From NCBI GenBank assembly GCA_012295275.1, contig CM022671.1:22816001-22880000 (forward strand): 64,000 nucleotides of DNA, read 5' to 3'. The first letter of the stretch is position 1. Every line of letters begins with the position of its first letter. Source of the stretch: Chrysomallon squamiferum. Taxonomy: Eukaryota > Animalia > Mollusca. Shown in pieces: positions 12,127-26,257 of this stretch. The notes beneath the pieces were generated by a model. The model was not told the origin of the DNA. It worked only from the letters and a program-made list of their open reading frames with translations, and did not search any database. Made by a program: the position numbers and the translations under genes.

Positions 12127-13926
12127 GAACGAATGTGCTACATACTCTAAATTTATATTATTTTTTAAAAATCATAAAGGAAATAGCGTGCATTATTCTA
12201 GTACATCATATTATTACTAACTAAAACAAGTTAAAGACTATACACACAAACAAACAAACCAAACCCAAAAAAACCCCAAAACCCCTCAACAATAAAACAT
12301 TTACGTTCTTTCTAAGCGTTCAGTCAAAACTTGTTTTAAAATAGGTCACCTTTGCGGAATATAGGTGAAGGTCGCAGATATTGGCACCACAGAATTACAT
12401 TAGCTAAACGACATTAGTTAAAATTCTGTACATTGGCCTAAACAGTACCAAAATAAGTTTTTTATTTTTTTTTTTTTTAAATTGCATATTGATAAAACAC
12501 TTGTTTTGTGTGCACTTTCAGTTAAGTTGGAAATCAAATTAACAGCGACAGGGACTTCCCCCTTTTCTGAAGACATTTTGAACAGTGTTCGTGACGTAAA
12601 AGCACGTATTAAATTTACTTTAGCCAATCGGAGACGTCATTTGATATACTACAGGAATTGTAAAGCAAATATTTTGATAGCTTAGCACACATGTAAATAT
12701 TGAGAAAACTGGAAAAGTCTTTAAGTGTTTGACATCGAGAGATCGCGATTGACGTCACCAGAGCGTAGCCGATGTTTGCCGAAGGAATCTGCCCTTGTCG
12801 CCGCAGTCTGTACATTCCGGGTTCGGGAATCCTGTCTAAAAACATCTGCACTTAGGCCGCTTTATAATAATAGAGAGTATTCTTGCTGTTTCCATTTCTA
12901 AATATTTGTTTATATTTTGAAATGACTAAATAAAATTGTACTTTGAAAAAGAAAATATAAAGAATTATGAAAAAAAAAAAAAATAATAATAATAAAAATA
13001 AAATAAAAAAACCCCAGCCCACAACAACAACAACATAAACATCAACAAAACGACAACAAACCTTTAACTATGCATTCACCCTATTAATCTATGATTAAGT
13101 GACGTTAAAACATAAGAACTATGGTTAATGATTATAACAGATATGACAGCAAACCTTCTGCCGTCTTCCGATTGGCTGGTCCAATTCGATTAGCAGTAAT
13201 ATATTATTTTACTAGAACCTTACCATAAACTGGAAACCACTCACAGCAATATTAAAACTGTCGAAGGAAAATTACAATGGCAAATCTGGCGTGACGAATT
13301 CAAAAAAAAAAAAAAAAAAAAAGAAGAAGAAGAAAGTTTACTCCTATTTTGCATAGTCACACAGCAAAGCAGTTAACTCTATTAAAGCATACAGTATTTG
13401 AACATTAACCTGAATTCTGATTTTAAAAAGTGGTATATACATATATACATATATATTGCAAAATTACAGTAAGGTCGACTGAGCACTGTAAGTGGTCAAA
13501 ACAACATCTCACCCACGCTTTAGAGTGTTTTCCCAACGACAACAGATGTTCAGGCTACACCTACCTCTTCATCGCCGACGGATCCTCGAAAATGCAGACG
13601 TGAAATGAAGCATGGAATTAGTATCGAAGTAATTCTCATGTAACTACATTATACTATTACAGAAAATGCCAAAATGTGTTCCTCCTCGTATTATGACTAC
13701 ACTGCGTTTATGTAGGCAGCAAGCAACAGTTGGCTCGTGCTTTCGTTCTAAAGCCACATTCTCACGACACGACTGAGTGTAACGAATTGTAATTTTGACG
13801 GTCGGAAGGCACGATATAGTTGACGATAAAAGGTAAAATAACTGACTTTTTTTTCGATTTGCCTGTTGTCATCATCATCATCATCATCATCATTCTTAAA
13901 ACTGATTATTATTGATGATGATGATG

Positions 13927-13991
<65 letters not shown>

Positions 13992-14558
13992 CGTAATGAA
14001 ATGTAAAGTGAGAGTTAAATTAATTTCTTGATGTATCAAACCTTGACATTAAACTATCACCAACACTAAAATAATTAGTATTCAGCTATTACAATTGGTA
14101 TACTATTAATGTTGCTACCATTCATTACTTCTACTACTACTACTACTACCTCTATTGCTACGTTGCTACTGCTGTTGCTACATATGTTACTACAACTATA
14201 ACACGCTTGCGAAAGCTACAATTTGAAGAATGCAAATTTACGCGAAGACATGTCTAACACGAAATTCAACTTTTTAAAAATCGATTTATAAACCACTGCC
14301 AGACTTTTATCCTAAAACTCACTCGAACTCTCCTGCTGTACAGAGCTATAAAGGTTTTCACGCCTTTTTTTTTACTTACTTGTAGAGGCACTTGTAAAAT
14401 CACAACATTTGAATTAAGTCGTAGACACTTTACTTTTATATAAAACGTTATGGTTGTTTTAAGTAAGGTTTTTGTGCAAAAATATTGATTGTGGCTCGTA
14501 GCAGAATTGTGTTTCATAAAACATATTAATGTAGTCAATGACGTCAAACTCCATGGCG

Positions 14559-14592
<34 letters not shown>

Positions 14593-15527
14593 AAAAAAAT
14601 TAACTTCAGAATTCCACGGAGAGGGACCATAATTCGAATTTGAAACTCGCCTTTAGACGCAGATTTGAGAAGGAGGCTCGAGGGAGTCTAGACGGTCCCA
14701 AACGTAAATACCAAAATTTGTTAACTTTTTTAAAGGTCACATAGAACGTAACACAGTTAATTCTTTAGGTTTTTTACGTAAATACAGCAAGTGTGACTGT
14801 ATGCATGAGTGAGCGTTTCTTGTTCTTGGAACGTGTCCATGTCTTCTGTTTCTAAGCATCAAGGATGAGCACATTTAATGATGAAAAACACCCTTTTTAT
14901 TACTTCTCACTGGACCCATTCAGGATCCGCATTTGATGTGTTAGCCTTTAGAACATCACAATTTGATCCACTGCTCGGGATATTCAGATATTTCACCAGG
15001 CTGGTAGCAAGTGGGATCGCGTCACGGAAAGGGACGAGTTACAACTTTCTTCCGTTTTTTCCCTTGATATTGTCACAGTGTACACACAGTCAAATGCATA
15101 TATTCTGAACTAAACGTTTACTTATTAATGAACCTATTTATATCCACATACATTTCAACATATCCATATAAACACAGGTATCGAAACATCCATATGGCAT
15201 ATATACACACACACACATCAATCCATCCATCCATAGTTACATATATATATATACACACAGTAACATTCATATATGAATTCAAAGTGACTCACGAATAAAA
15301 CTGTTACTACATTCTGAACTGCTAGATGTACGTTATTAAAACTGACCGATTTAATAACGCCATAGAAACGAGAATAAATAAATATATATATATATATATT
15401 AACAAATTTGACAATAAGTAATATACCTATGTGTATATATATATATATATATATTTGAGCATCTTGTTCTAACGACATATATATATATATATATACAGAA
15501 ACACATAAACACATGTGTGTGTGTGTG

Positions 15528-15560
<33 letters not shown>

Positions 15561-18272
15561 AGTATAATATAAATAACACACACAGACATCTGGATATATT
15601 GCAACACGCCTACAAGAAACAGCTGCTCAAAGATTAATTAGATGCTTTGTACAATTAATAACTGCGTCAGTCGCGGAGCTAGAGAGGGGACCACGTCGGT
15701 GTAGTGTCTGCTGAACTTTGCTATTTTGTTCCCCGTGTAATAAAACTCGCTGAAATTTCATTTAGCAGCTTATAACAACACTACGCAACATCACGTCTTA
15801 TAAAGAAAAAATATACATATATTATATCACATACATGCACTGTAGGTTTATATTCTAAACTAGTTTGTTTGTTTGTTTGTTTTCTGAGGTGTTTTTTTTT
15901 CTGGGGGGTTTTCTGATTTTTTTTTTTTTTTTTTTTTAATTTTTTTTTATTAATATATCTTAGTGTGACAACGTTTTCACAGTAATCATTTCAATAGATT
16001 TATAAATTTTCACGATATTCCAGAATAAGATACTAATAAGTACTATAAACAACTTGTGGAGTCATAAATATCGCTAATTCGCTCGGGGTTGTTGCTAAGA
16101 CATGCATGCGTTTACCAAATGTCGCACAGGTCGTTAAAATGCAGTAAATTTCAAAACGTCAGCTGTTTCAAAGTTTATTGATGTTTACAGAAATAACAGC
16201 AAAGACAGTATATAAGTTTTATAAAAATGTGGCGGTCCTGGAAAGAGTTTTTGGTGTAGGTGGTGGAAAGTATTGTAAAGTTATCACTGGGGAAATTTTT
16301 TTCTAAAATATTAAGGTTTTATAATATATAGTGTATGTGTTATTATGTGTATTATATATGTATATACAAGTATTTATCTGCTTTCGTCAGTGCGTGTTCT
16401 GTAATTACGTAAAGTTTTCTTTTTATCTGCTTGTCTGCTCTTTTGTGTATGCGTGTGAGTGTGTGTGACCACGTGTGTTGTGTGTGTATATTTGTATATG
16501 AGTCTCTGTGTATGTGCACAATGAACAAAGGATAAAAATCTTGACAAGATTTTCTGCAGAAATCAAAATTTATATGTGTCTATGAATGCTCATATATAAT
16601 TTTGTGTTTGATCACTAAAGTTTTGATAACTATTTGTCGGTGTATGTGTTATATTTGTGTAGCTATATAATATTTAGACTGTTTTGTTTTATTCAGCGTA
16701 TTGGATATCTGTACGTATGTGTGTATGTAATTATATATATGTGTGTGTGTGTGTGTATGTATGCATATGTATGTATGTGTATGTATATGTGTGTATGTAT
16801 GAGTTTATGTGTATGCATATATATAATTTAGTGTGTGTGTTTCTGATTTATTTATTTGACATTATTTTTAAGAACTGACACTCAAACAGACGGATGTACA
16901 GTAAACAAGCAGACGTGAAAAACGTCTCAGATTTAGATGGATCACATCTTGTCACGGCACTTCGTTAATTTTGCCTTTTTTTTAAATCGCAGCGCACTGT
17001 AAACGCGTTTGATTCACGAGTTCGTTGTACGCTACGCAAAACTGGTTCCATTCTACGCCAGTTGTTTATAGAGAGTCGTCACTCTGCAAACTGACACAAA
17101 ACGATCTTTGCGGCTGTTTTTAGAAACCTACGCTAATCTTTTAATTTATCGTAGATTAAAACGTATGGGACGCGTATCCAGATTGTTAGTTAGATTAACG
17201 TCATTGTTTGATTTGTTGTGTGTTTTGTTTTTTTCAGAATGTCAAAAAAGGTGTCGTTGTCGTTGTGGAGGGTTTTATTTAGGGAAAAAAGGATAAAAAG
17301 AAAAAGAAAAAGGGAAGGCACGGGAAATATCCGGCGCTTTAAATCATGTAATGCTGACAGATATTTTCTTAACTACTAGATGAAATATGGAAACTCGAAA
17401 AAACCCATTATTATTATTATTATTGTTACTGTTTTTATTATTGTTGTTTTTGTAGTAGTAGTAGTAGTAATAGTAGTAGTAGTAGTAGTAGTAATAGCAG
17501 CAGTAATAATAGTAGCAGTAATAATAGTAGCAATATATATATTATATAAATTATCGGAATGACCGCAAGTACTTCTTTAAAAAACATTTTTTTAGCAATA
17601 ACAATAATAACATTAATGTAAACGACAATTCAAAATAAATAATGAATGATAAATAAACACGTGAAAATAATTAAATAAAAATAATAGGTGATAAGTAAAT
17701 AAGTAAAATTATTAAATAATAACAACGAATGATAAATAAACAGTAAAAATAATAACAATTATACATGTTTCATGATTAAAATAAGTTTTTGTTAGATCCT
17801 TTAGAAATAATTTTTCAGATTTTACTGTTATTATTTTTTTTCAAAGTGATTTAAAATAATATTAACGCTAATAATAATAATAATAATAAAAACAACAGTA
17901 AAATCAATAATAATAATAATAATAACAATAACAATAACAACAACAACAATAAATAATCAAGACGACAAGAACAAAATTCGAAATAAATAAAAAAAAAAAA
18001 AAAAAAAAATGCACAGAGCTAAATTTTACCCATTCCATCATATTTTTATCTTGTTTCCTTCTCTCATTAAAAAAAACACAAAAAAAACAACAAACAAACA
18101 AGAAAAAAAAATTATACTGAACAGTTCGCCACGTGTATTAAACATCTGCAAAAAAAAAAAAAAAAAAACTTTCTAAGTAATTTTCTATCATTTACTTTTT
18201 ACGTGATTGTCTTTATCTTTTCTCTACGCATTTTTGTTTTTTCTTTCTTTCTTTCTTCTTCTCTCTCCCAAG

Positions 18273-18461
18273 GCCTCGGCCTTGACGTGTTTGTGTGCTG
18301 GTATCGGCGGAATTCTGCGTGTTTCCCCAAGGCACTCTTGCGATCAATCAATTCGGGCACGCTCCTTAACGTAAAACTTGCCCTTTCCACACACAAGTGT
18401 AATTGTTGTTGTAATTCTGAGAGCCGCACGGTGTCCTGTGGAGCAGTCTGTCATTGCTTGG
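18273..18461 (+). other. Candidate internal exon (189 nt, phase 1-1, open Cys-rich frame)
   Basis: Long polypyrimidine tract + AG at 18271-18272, donor G|GTAAGA at 18462, GC-rich body, one frame open throughout. No recognisable homology. Confidence 0.25.
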
Positions 18462-18480
18462 GTAAGACTTCGTAATTGTG

Positions 18481-18511
<31 letters not shown>

Positions 18512-19189
18512 CAGATGTGTTTTTTTTTGTGTTTTTTTGCACTGTGTGTGCGTGCGTTCGAAGGTGCCTGATGCTATTGTGTGTATGTGCGTGTGTGTAT
18601 GTATATGTGTGTGTGTGTGTGTGTGTGTATGGATGCACGCATGTATGTATGTATGCATGAATGTATGTGTGTATGTATGAATGTATGTATGTGTGTACGT
18701 ACGTATGCATGTATGTACTTGTGTATGAGTGTGCATATATATATATATATATATATATGTATATGTATGTATGTATGTATGTATGAATGTATGAACGTGA
18801 GTATGTTTGTGTGTGTATGTATCTTTACTTGTTTATTTTTTTACTTTTAATTCACTGACCTTGGCCTCAGGCTAAATCCAATATTAAGTAAAAATATGCA
18901 ACTGTCATGATGAGGTCATTCAATATGTGACGATGACCTGAATAATATAACTTTGTGTTGACCGGACACATATGTGTGCGTGTCGTTATTACTACACGTA
19001 ACATGCAGCTGAAGAATCGATGTCTCTAATCCAGAACGTCTCTTATAAAACACGGAGTCACAATACACACTGAATCCTATATAATAAGTGTTTATAATCG
19101 GCATTTTTAATTTAATATAACAAACACATGAGTCGCGAGCAGAATTTCTGTCCGTGCTAGATTCTGTAAGTTGCCGCTGACAGATAGAC

Positions 19190-19302
<113 letters not shown>

Positions 19303-20689
19303 ATCAACGGACGCTTTTTGAAGCTGTCGAACTTAATTACGAATAACAGTAATACAGTTTCCTTGATCGACATTATTTTCATGAGTAATGCAGTTCAGAT
19401 CAGAATATTGTAATAATTGCAGAAAATGCTACAAATATTTTTTAAATGCACTGATTATCTATCATCATCGTAATGATCATTTTGATCATCATCAAAAACA
19501 TTAACAATGTAATAAAATAAGTAAATGATTAGTTCTGTTTCTGCTCTCTGTCAACTACTACACCTCCTCCTTCTCAATGTACACTGTTACTACTACTACT
19601 ACTACTACTATTACTACTACTATTATTACTGCTACTACCGCCAATCTGTCTACTATTACAAGTAAAACAACTGTTACAACTACAACAGTTACTATTGCTA
19701 GTTCTTCTACTTCTACTAATATAACAACAATATCAACAACAACAACGACTACTATTACAGTTATCACCAACACAAAACGCAGTCACGCAGATTACTTACA
19801 TACCTACTGTATCTGCAACTTCTTCTCGTATGATAAAACTATAAAGTTACACTTACAGCTTGAACTCAGCGAAGCGTGGCTATTTAATGACACTTCTTTT
19901 CTTCTTTTAAAATCTTTCTCGTTTCTTCTCTCGACTGACATCCAATCTGAAACACACACACACACACATACACACGCCCCGCTACAAAATCTCATAATGC
20001 AGTCTTTCTTCTCAATAAGGTGACATAGCTAATTTATTCGGGAACGTGTCCGCCGTAAATTACATTTCATCGGCTCGAAGGTTTTGTAAAGCGACTTTAT
20101 AAAACGACAAAACACGTGAATCTCTGTAAGGAGCATTCTCACACAAGACAAGCCAGCTGTAACTAACAAGTTGAGTAATTATTAAAAATACACCCGACCG
20201 TCATTAGCAGTACCCCTGTATGAGCGGTTAAATACGTCGACAGTTCTAACCCCCACAGCTGTACCAAGAACACGTTAGTTTTCACCGGGTTGCAAGTCCA
20301 TCCGAGTCTTGATGTTTTGCCGCTCGGTGTGTTTTTCTGCATAATAAAATTTATATGATGTTTGACGATTAATCGCAAAATACTATTACGCTCTCCCAAC
20401 CTTTTCTGAAATCCTGGATGCATCCTTGATGCCAAAGTGTTTGCTTATTTTGTTGGTTAAGATTGTTTCTAGTACAGAATAAAATTGTTTTTTTTCTTTT
20501 CTAATCTATTAATCTCAAAGCAATTTTTAATATTTTTTTTTTTTAATTTTTTAATTTTTTGTGAAATGAAAACTTATGATCTATCATTACTACTACTACT
20601 ACTACTAATAATAATAATGATAATGATAACGATGATGGTGATTTTAAAACCAAGAAAAAAGAAAAAAGAAAAACCAGAAGAAACCGCAA

Positions 20690-20916
20690 CAGTACTGCTG
20701 CTACTTCTATTGCAGCAACAACAACAACAACAGCAGCAACAGCAGAGTAACAACACCAGCAACAACAACAACAGCAACTACTAACAACTAGTACTACTAC
20801 TGCTACGTTTGCTGCTACTACAACAGCAACAACAACAACAACAACTACTACAACTACAACTGCTTCTGCTGCTACTACTACTACCACTACCACTACAACG
20901 ACTACTACTACTACTC
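20690..20916. repeat. (CAA/CAG/CTA)n compound trinucleotide repeat
   Basis: Directly visible. Confidence 0.9.
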
Positions 20917-21479
20917 ATATTAATACACAGACAGCAAATACACATTCGGTATTTAAAAGAAATTATGAGGTCGTAGATTCCTCTTCTAATAAAACTGTAT
21001 GACACACGCAGTAGCTGTTGCGACACGCTGAAGTCGGCGTAAGCTACTGACAAACCGGTGTTTGTTTTGCAGAAAGGAGGACCAGCTATGCTGTGAATGT
21101 AAACCAACTTGAATGACTTACGAACAGGAAGTTTCACACGGAAAGTGCTTGATAATCCATCAAGTGGATTATCTAAAACTTGGGTCTTGTATAAACAGTG
21201 TTTATTTTATCCGAGCAACAACTGGCAGCAGCAGCAGCAGCAACGACAACAAAAAAACGAAAATAACATCAACAGTGGTAATAACAATAACGAAAACCAA
21301 AATAACAACAACAGTAACGGTAATGACGACGACAACTACAACGACTACAACAACAGTAATAATATTAACACAACTCAGAACTTTGCGGTGGATGTAAAAC
21401 AAGATTTTTACACCAAAGTTTTTATCTTCTTCCGCATCATCTTAACCGAGACAAAAATTAATATATTTTAACACCTAAA

Positions 21480-21930
21480 ACTGTGTATTAAATCTGACAC
21501 ATACATCTGTATTTTAAATCCGATACATATAACTTTAAATAAAATGTTATAAACTTTTACACATACAAAAGTATATATCTATAATCTCACACACATATAA
21601 CTGTATATACGCTTTTACACATATAGTTTTATATAAAATCTTACACGTTATTAGATATGCAGTGTCGTACAGTTTTTAACTTCATATAAAATCGTAAGTA
21701 AACAACGTTATTCGGTTTTACACAGATTGCTCTGCATAAAACTTGCACATATAAACTGTACATGCAATCTTACGTAATTTTACACGTGTATCTTCATACA
21801 ATTTTCCACAAACAAACTACATATAAAATCTTACAAATAACTATATAAAAAAAAATATTACATAAGTAACTACATGCAAAATATTACACAAGTATCTTTA
21901 TACCGTTTTACAGTTTTAACTATATATATA
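21480..21930. repeat. Highly degenerate AT-rich tandem repeat (ATATAAAATCTTACAC-like)
   Basis: Recurring ATATAAAA(T/C)(C/T)TTACACA and AACTGTATAT words without strict periodicity. Confidence 0.55.
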
Positions 21931-22023
21931 TATAAAACTTTTTAAAAAAAAAACTTTTTTTTTTACTACATACCTTTAAACCGCAAAATCGCCTTCAAGC
22001 TGCATCGAGGTGTATACACTCTG

Positions 22024-22066
<43 letters not shown>

Positions 22067-22110
22067 AAAGTCGCAGTAAATGACACACATAAACACTCTT
22101 CCTGTTTCAA

Positions 22111-22133
22111 TGCAGGATATCGTCGACAACGAA
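22111..22133. other. Near-perfect complement of miR-981 (MIR-76 family) on the plus strand
   Basis: Plus TGCAGGATATCGTCGACAACGAA versus the exact complement of miR-981 as recalled (TGCAGGTTTCGTCGACAACGAA): nt 1-14 perfect plus 3' CCTGC(A). No good precursor hairpin seen. Confidence 0.45.
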
Positions 22134-22826
22134 AGAGATAAAGAAAGTCAGCGAGCGAGCGAAGTCAGCTGAATCGAACTTCCTATTAAAAACAAGAATA
22201 AAAGTTTTCACAAAGTTTACCGAGAAAAAAAAAAAAAAAAATCCCCAAAAATTTCAGCCTTTGAAGCTTTTCACTCCCCAACAATGTAGAGGACGTCGTA
22301 GAGAGAGAGAGAGAGCTATGTAGCGGGTTTGCAAGCAGCCGTCGTGTTGACTTTCGGATAGAGAGCTACGGTCGTCGTAACTCGTCTTGTGTAAACACTG
22401 CGCTGGAAGGACAGACACATATAGCATTGCGTGAAGCGATGCTCGTGGTTCGGGTCAGTGGTTTGTGTAATAATACACTTCTTCTCGTCTGCCTTAACTG
22501 TTGTGTTCTTGTCGCGCCGTCCTGGGGCAGAATGATGAAAGTTTAGTAAGGGATGATGATAGATTAATTTTTTTTTTTTTTTTGCAGTATGCGAGAATTT
22601 GTAAAACAAAAAAAACAAAAAAAAAAACAAAAAAAAAAAAAAAAAAAACGCGCCAAACAAGCAAAAAAAAATGAAAAAATAATAATAATAAAAAAAAAAA
22701 AAAAAAAAAAATAAAAAAAAAAAACAACAGAACAAAACAACAACCTAAAAATCGTATAAGAAATAATAACCAACGATTTAAAATGTCTGATTAATTGGAT
22801 CAAAAGCCTTTAGCTACATTCATATG

Positions 22827-22901
<75 letters not shown>

Positions 22902-23028
22902 TAACAACACAAAAAGAAAACAAATTAAATAAATGAAAATCAGCACTTTATAAATTAAAAGGTTAAACAACAACAATGGCAGCAAACAAAACAAACAACA
23001 ACAACAACAACAATAAATGATTAAGAAG

Positions 23029-23069
<41 letters not shown>

Positions 23070-23829
23070 ACCTCTTTATAATTAACGTCCCTATTTTTTT
23101 TATTGTAATTCCTCATTATTTCTTTTTATTACATACGATGCCTCGCAAGCATTTGACAAAAGCAGCTAATAACTTTTCCTTTGTTGTGTTTTACGCCGCG
23201 AAAATCAATCATGATGCAACGTCTGGTTTACTGACTTTCTTTTTATTAAAAATAAAGAGCGTAGCGGAATGCTACATTCAGTCAATTTCCGTCATATTTC
23301 CACCGGCAGAAACGATTACTGCGGGTGACCGGTCAACGAATGCACTGGTTCTTTATTAAGAATTACGTCAGCGTTGCTAAGTTTGTAACGTATTTATAAC
23401 TGGTATTGATGACGTCAGAGTGACGCGTCAAGGCATTGTCCGCACCCTAACACGTTACTCAACAGAATGAATAGAGAAAGTTACTTCTGCCGGAATTGCT
23501 GTGATCAAGTGAAGATGTTACTGTTCTGTTAATTAATTAATCAATTATTTATTTAAAAAATTTAAAAATAAAAATAAAAATAAAAATAAAATAATAATAA
23601 TAAATAATAATAATAAAAAATTACAGTAACCTAAAGAAATTATTTAAGACTTGAAGCAATACCACCACCAGAACAAATACAACAAAAAGGGAGTCCAAGA
23701 CCAGGAAGGTTTCATTCATATTAATATGTGACGCAATTCACTAACTATTATAGTAATTCTAAACGTAATGGAAAATTAATAAAACATTATTAAATATATG
23801 GTAATAAATTTAAATATATATATATATAT

Positions 23830-24070
23830 AAATAAAATAAAATAAAAAAAAAAAAAAATAAATAAATAAAATAAAAAATAAATAAAAAATAAATAAAAAA
23901 ATTAAATAAAAAAAAAATAAAAAATAAAAATAAAAAAAAAAAAAAAATAAAAAATAAAAAAAAAAAAAAAAAAAAAAAAAATAAATAAATAAGAATTAAA
24001 AAAATAAATAAAAAAAAAAAAAAATAGATAAATATAAAAAAAAAAAAAAAAAAAAAAATTAAAAATTTTT
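23830..24070. repeat. A-rich low-complexity tract
   Basis: ~240 bp of A runs broken by single T. Confidence 0.9.
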
Positions 24071-24837
24071 TAGAAAAAAGTGAAAGCAAACTAAGTATAT
24101 AAACACAGAAACAGCAATATTATTTGTCTGAATACACAAACCACTGAATGCATAGACTCAGACAGACACACCAAACCACTTACTTTTGTCACACGTGTTT
24201 TCACTACAGTCGAGTCAGGTTTAAAAATAAAATGAAATTTCTTTCAGTCGAGTTATGACGTGTCAGGAAAATCCGGATTATGTGTCATTCAAGAATTACA
24301 ACAACAACAACAACAAAATAAATAACTAAAACAACAACAACAACAACAACAAAAACAACAATAATAAATAATAATACTAATAACAATAATAATAAATAAT
24401 CAAGAACAAAAATATAAATGAATGAATGAATGAAATAATATTTAAAATAAATAAATAAATACCTCAGTGTATATTAATATAACAGTCGCTGCAGTTCAGT
24501 CACAGGTGTATTGATTCACCAGCAAAACTATATTTTAATCTTCACCTTCTCTCAGACTCGTAGATACGTAGAATGGTGTCGTCTATAAAAATAAAAATAG
24601 TTTCATTTTATTCACGGTGTAACGTGTAAACAGAAAAACATACTGAGTCATTCATTTTGGTTAACAAAGAAAAGTGAATTCATGACTGTATTAGTCAGTG
24701 TGACTGATTTGTTACAGAACGAACATTATTAACACTGGAGGTGGACGAAAATGTTTACCATTCAAACACTCTTAATACTATCTGTTACCTCCTTACTTGC
24801 CTAACTACTGTCTGCCTAGCGTATATTAAATACCTAT

Positions 24838-24950
<113 letters not shown>

Positions 24951-24967
24951 TTATTTTTGTTTTTGTT

Positions 24968-25059
24968 GCTTTTGGCTTTAACAAAACAGCATGTAACTCT
25001 AAAATGTTTTTTAAAACGAGATATAAGTAAATAGACCATCAAGTGTTTTTTCCTCTTAA

Positions 25060-25062
<3 letters not shown>
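24968..25062 (+). repeat. Dispersed ~95-bp repeat, copy A
   Basis: Colinear similarity to 31565-31662 (GCTTTTGGCTTT...TTTAAAACGA...TCAAGTGTTTTTTCCTCTTAACC). Confidence 0.7.
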
Positions 25063-25125
<63 letters not shown>

Positions 25126-25549
25126 CTCGAACCTACCTTCTCTCTCTCTCTTTCTCTCTCATGGTAATCTGTCTCGTTGTTGTATTCGTTATTTACGTTT
25201 TCAGAATACGTTATCGAAAATATAATGGCTGCACACGCTACCGCAGATCTACGTAAAACATATATACATTTCAACATAAAATATTTATTCAGTATCAGCT
25301 CATTGGCTTTTAGACAGCTTCAAGATTGTTAAATAAACATGCAGAGCAAAAACAAACTCAGTAAATTAAACCGATATTGAATAGAAATTATATTAGTAAA
25401 CAATCTGCTCCGTGTATAAACATACTCGTTTCCACGTGTTTTACGACGTATACAGCATTCATTATGCATAGCATAAAGCACATCAGTGTGTATTACCTCT
25501 GATACTACACAAACAACAACAACTACTTCTGTATTAGTTCATTTGCACT

Positions 25550-26095
25550 AGTACCACCACTACTACTACCATTACTATTACTACTACTACTACTACTGTT
25601 ACTATGAGCATTACTATTACATCTACTACTATTACTACTAATACTACAACTGCTTCTTCCACTACACTACTACAACTATTACTAGTACTACTATTACTAC
25701 TAAAACTGCTTCTATTACTACTACTAATATTACTACTGTTACTACTATTATTACTATTGCTACTACTACTATTATTACTACTATTATTACTACTACTACT
25801 ATTACAACCTATTACTACTGCTACTATTACAACTTTTACTACTGCTACTGCTACTATTACTATTACTACTATTATTACAACTATTACTACTGCTACTATA
25901 TTACTACTACCACTCTTACTATTACTATTTCTATTTCTACTACTATTACAACTATTACTACTACTACTACTATTGATGATGATGCTGCTGCTGGTGTTAC
26001 TGATTATACTACTGATTAATAATGTTACTGGTACTACGAATACTACAACGACTTCTTACTTTTACTACTACTATTAACTGTTACTATTACTATAG
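25550..26095. repeat. (TAC/TAT)n degenerate trinucleotide tract
   Basis: Directly visible. Confidence 0.9.
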
Positions 26096-26152
26096 CTCAG
26101 AAACAAAATTAACCACAACTACTACAAATATGTTTTCATTGTTAATTAGTGG

Positions 26153-26257
<105 letters not shown>

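Noticed and set aside
13349-13361. 13-nt match to the 5' end of miR-153 (TTGCATAGTCACA)
   Set aside because: The 3' half diverges and the upstream sequence is A-rich, so no hairpin. Treated as chance.
22116-22172. Possible terminal coding exon DIVDNERDKESQRASEVS-stop after TGCAG acceptor
   Set aside because: Too short, no homology, no linked upstream coding exons in compatible phase.
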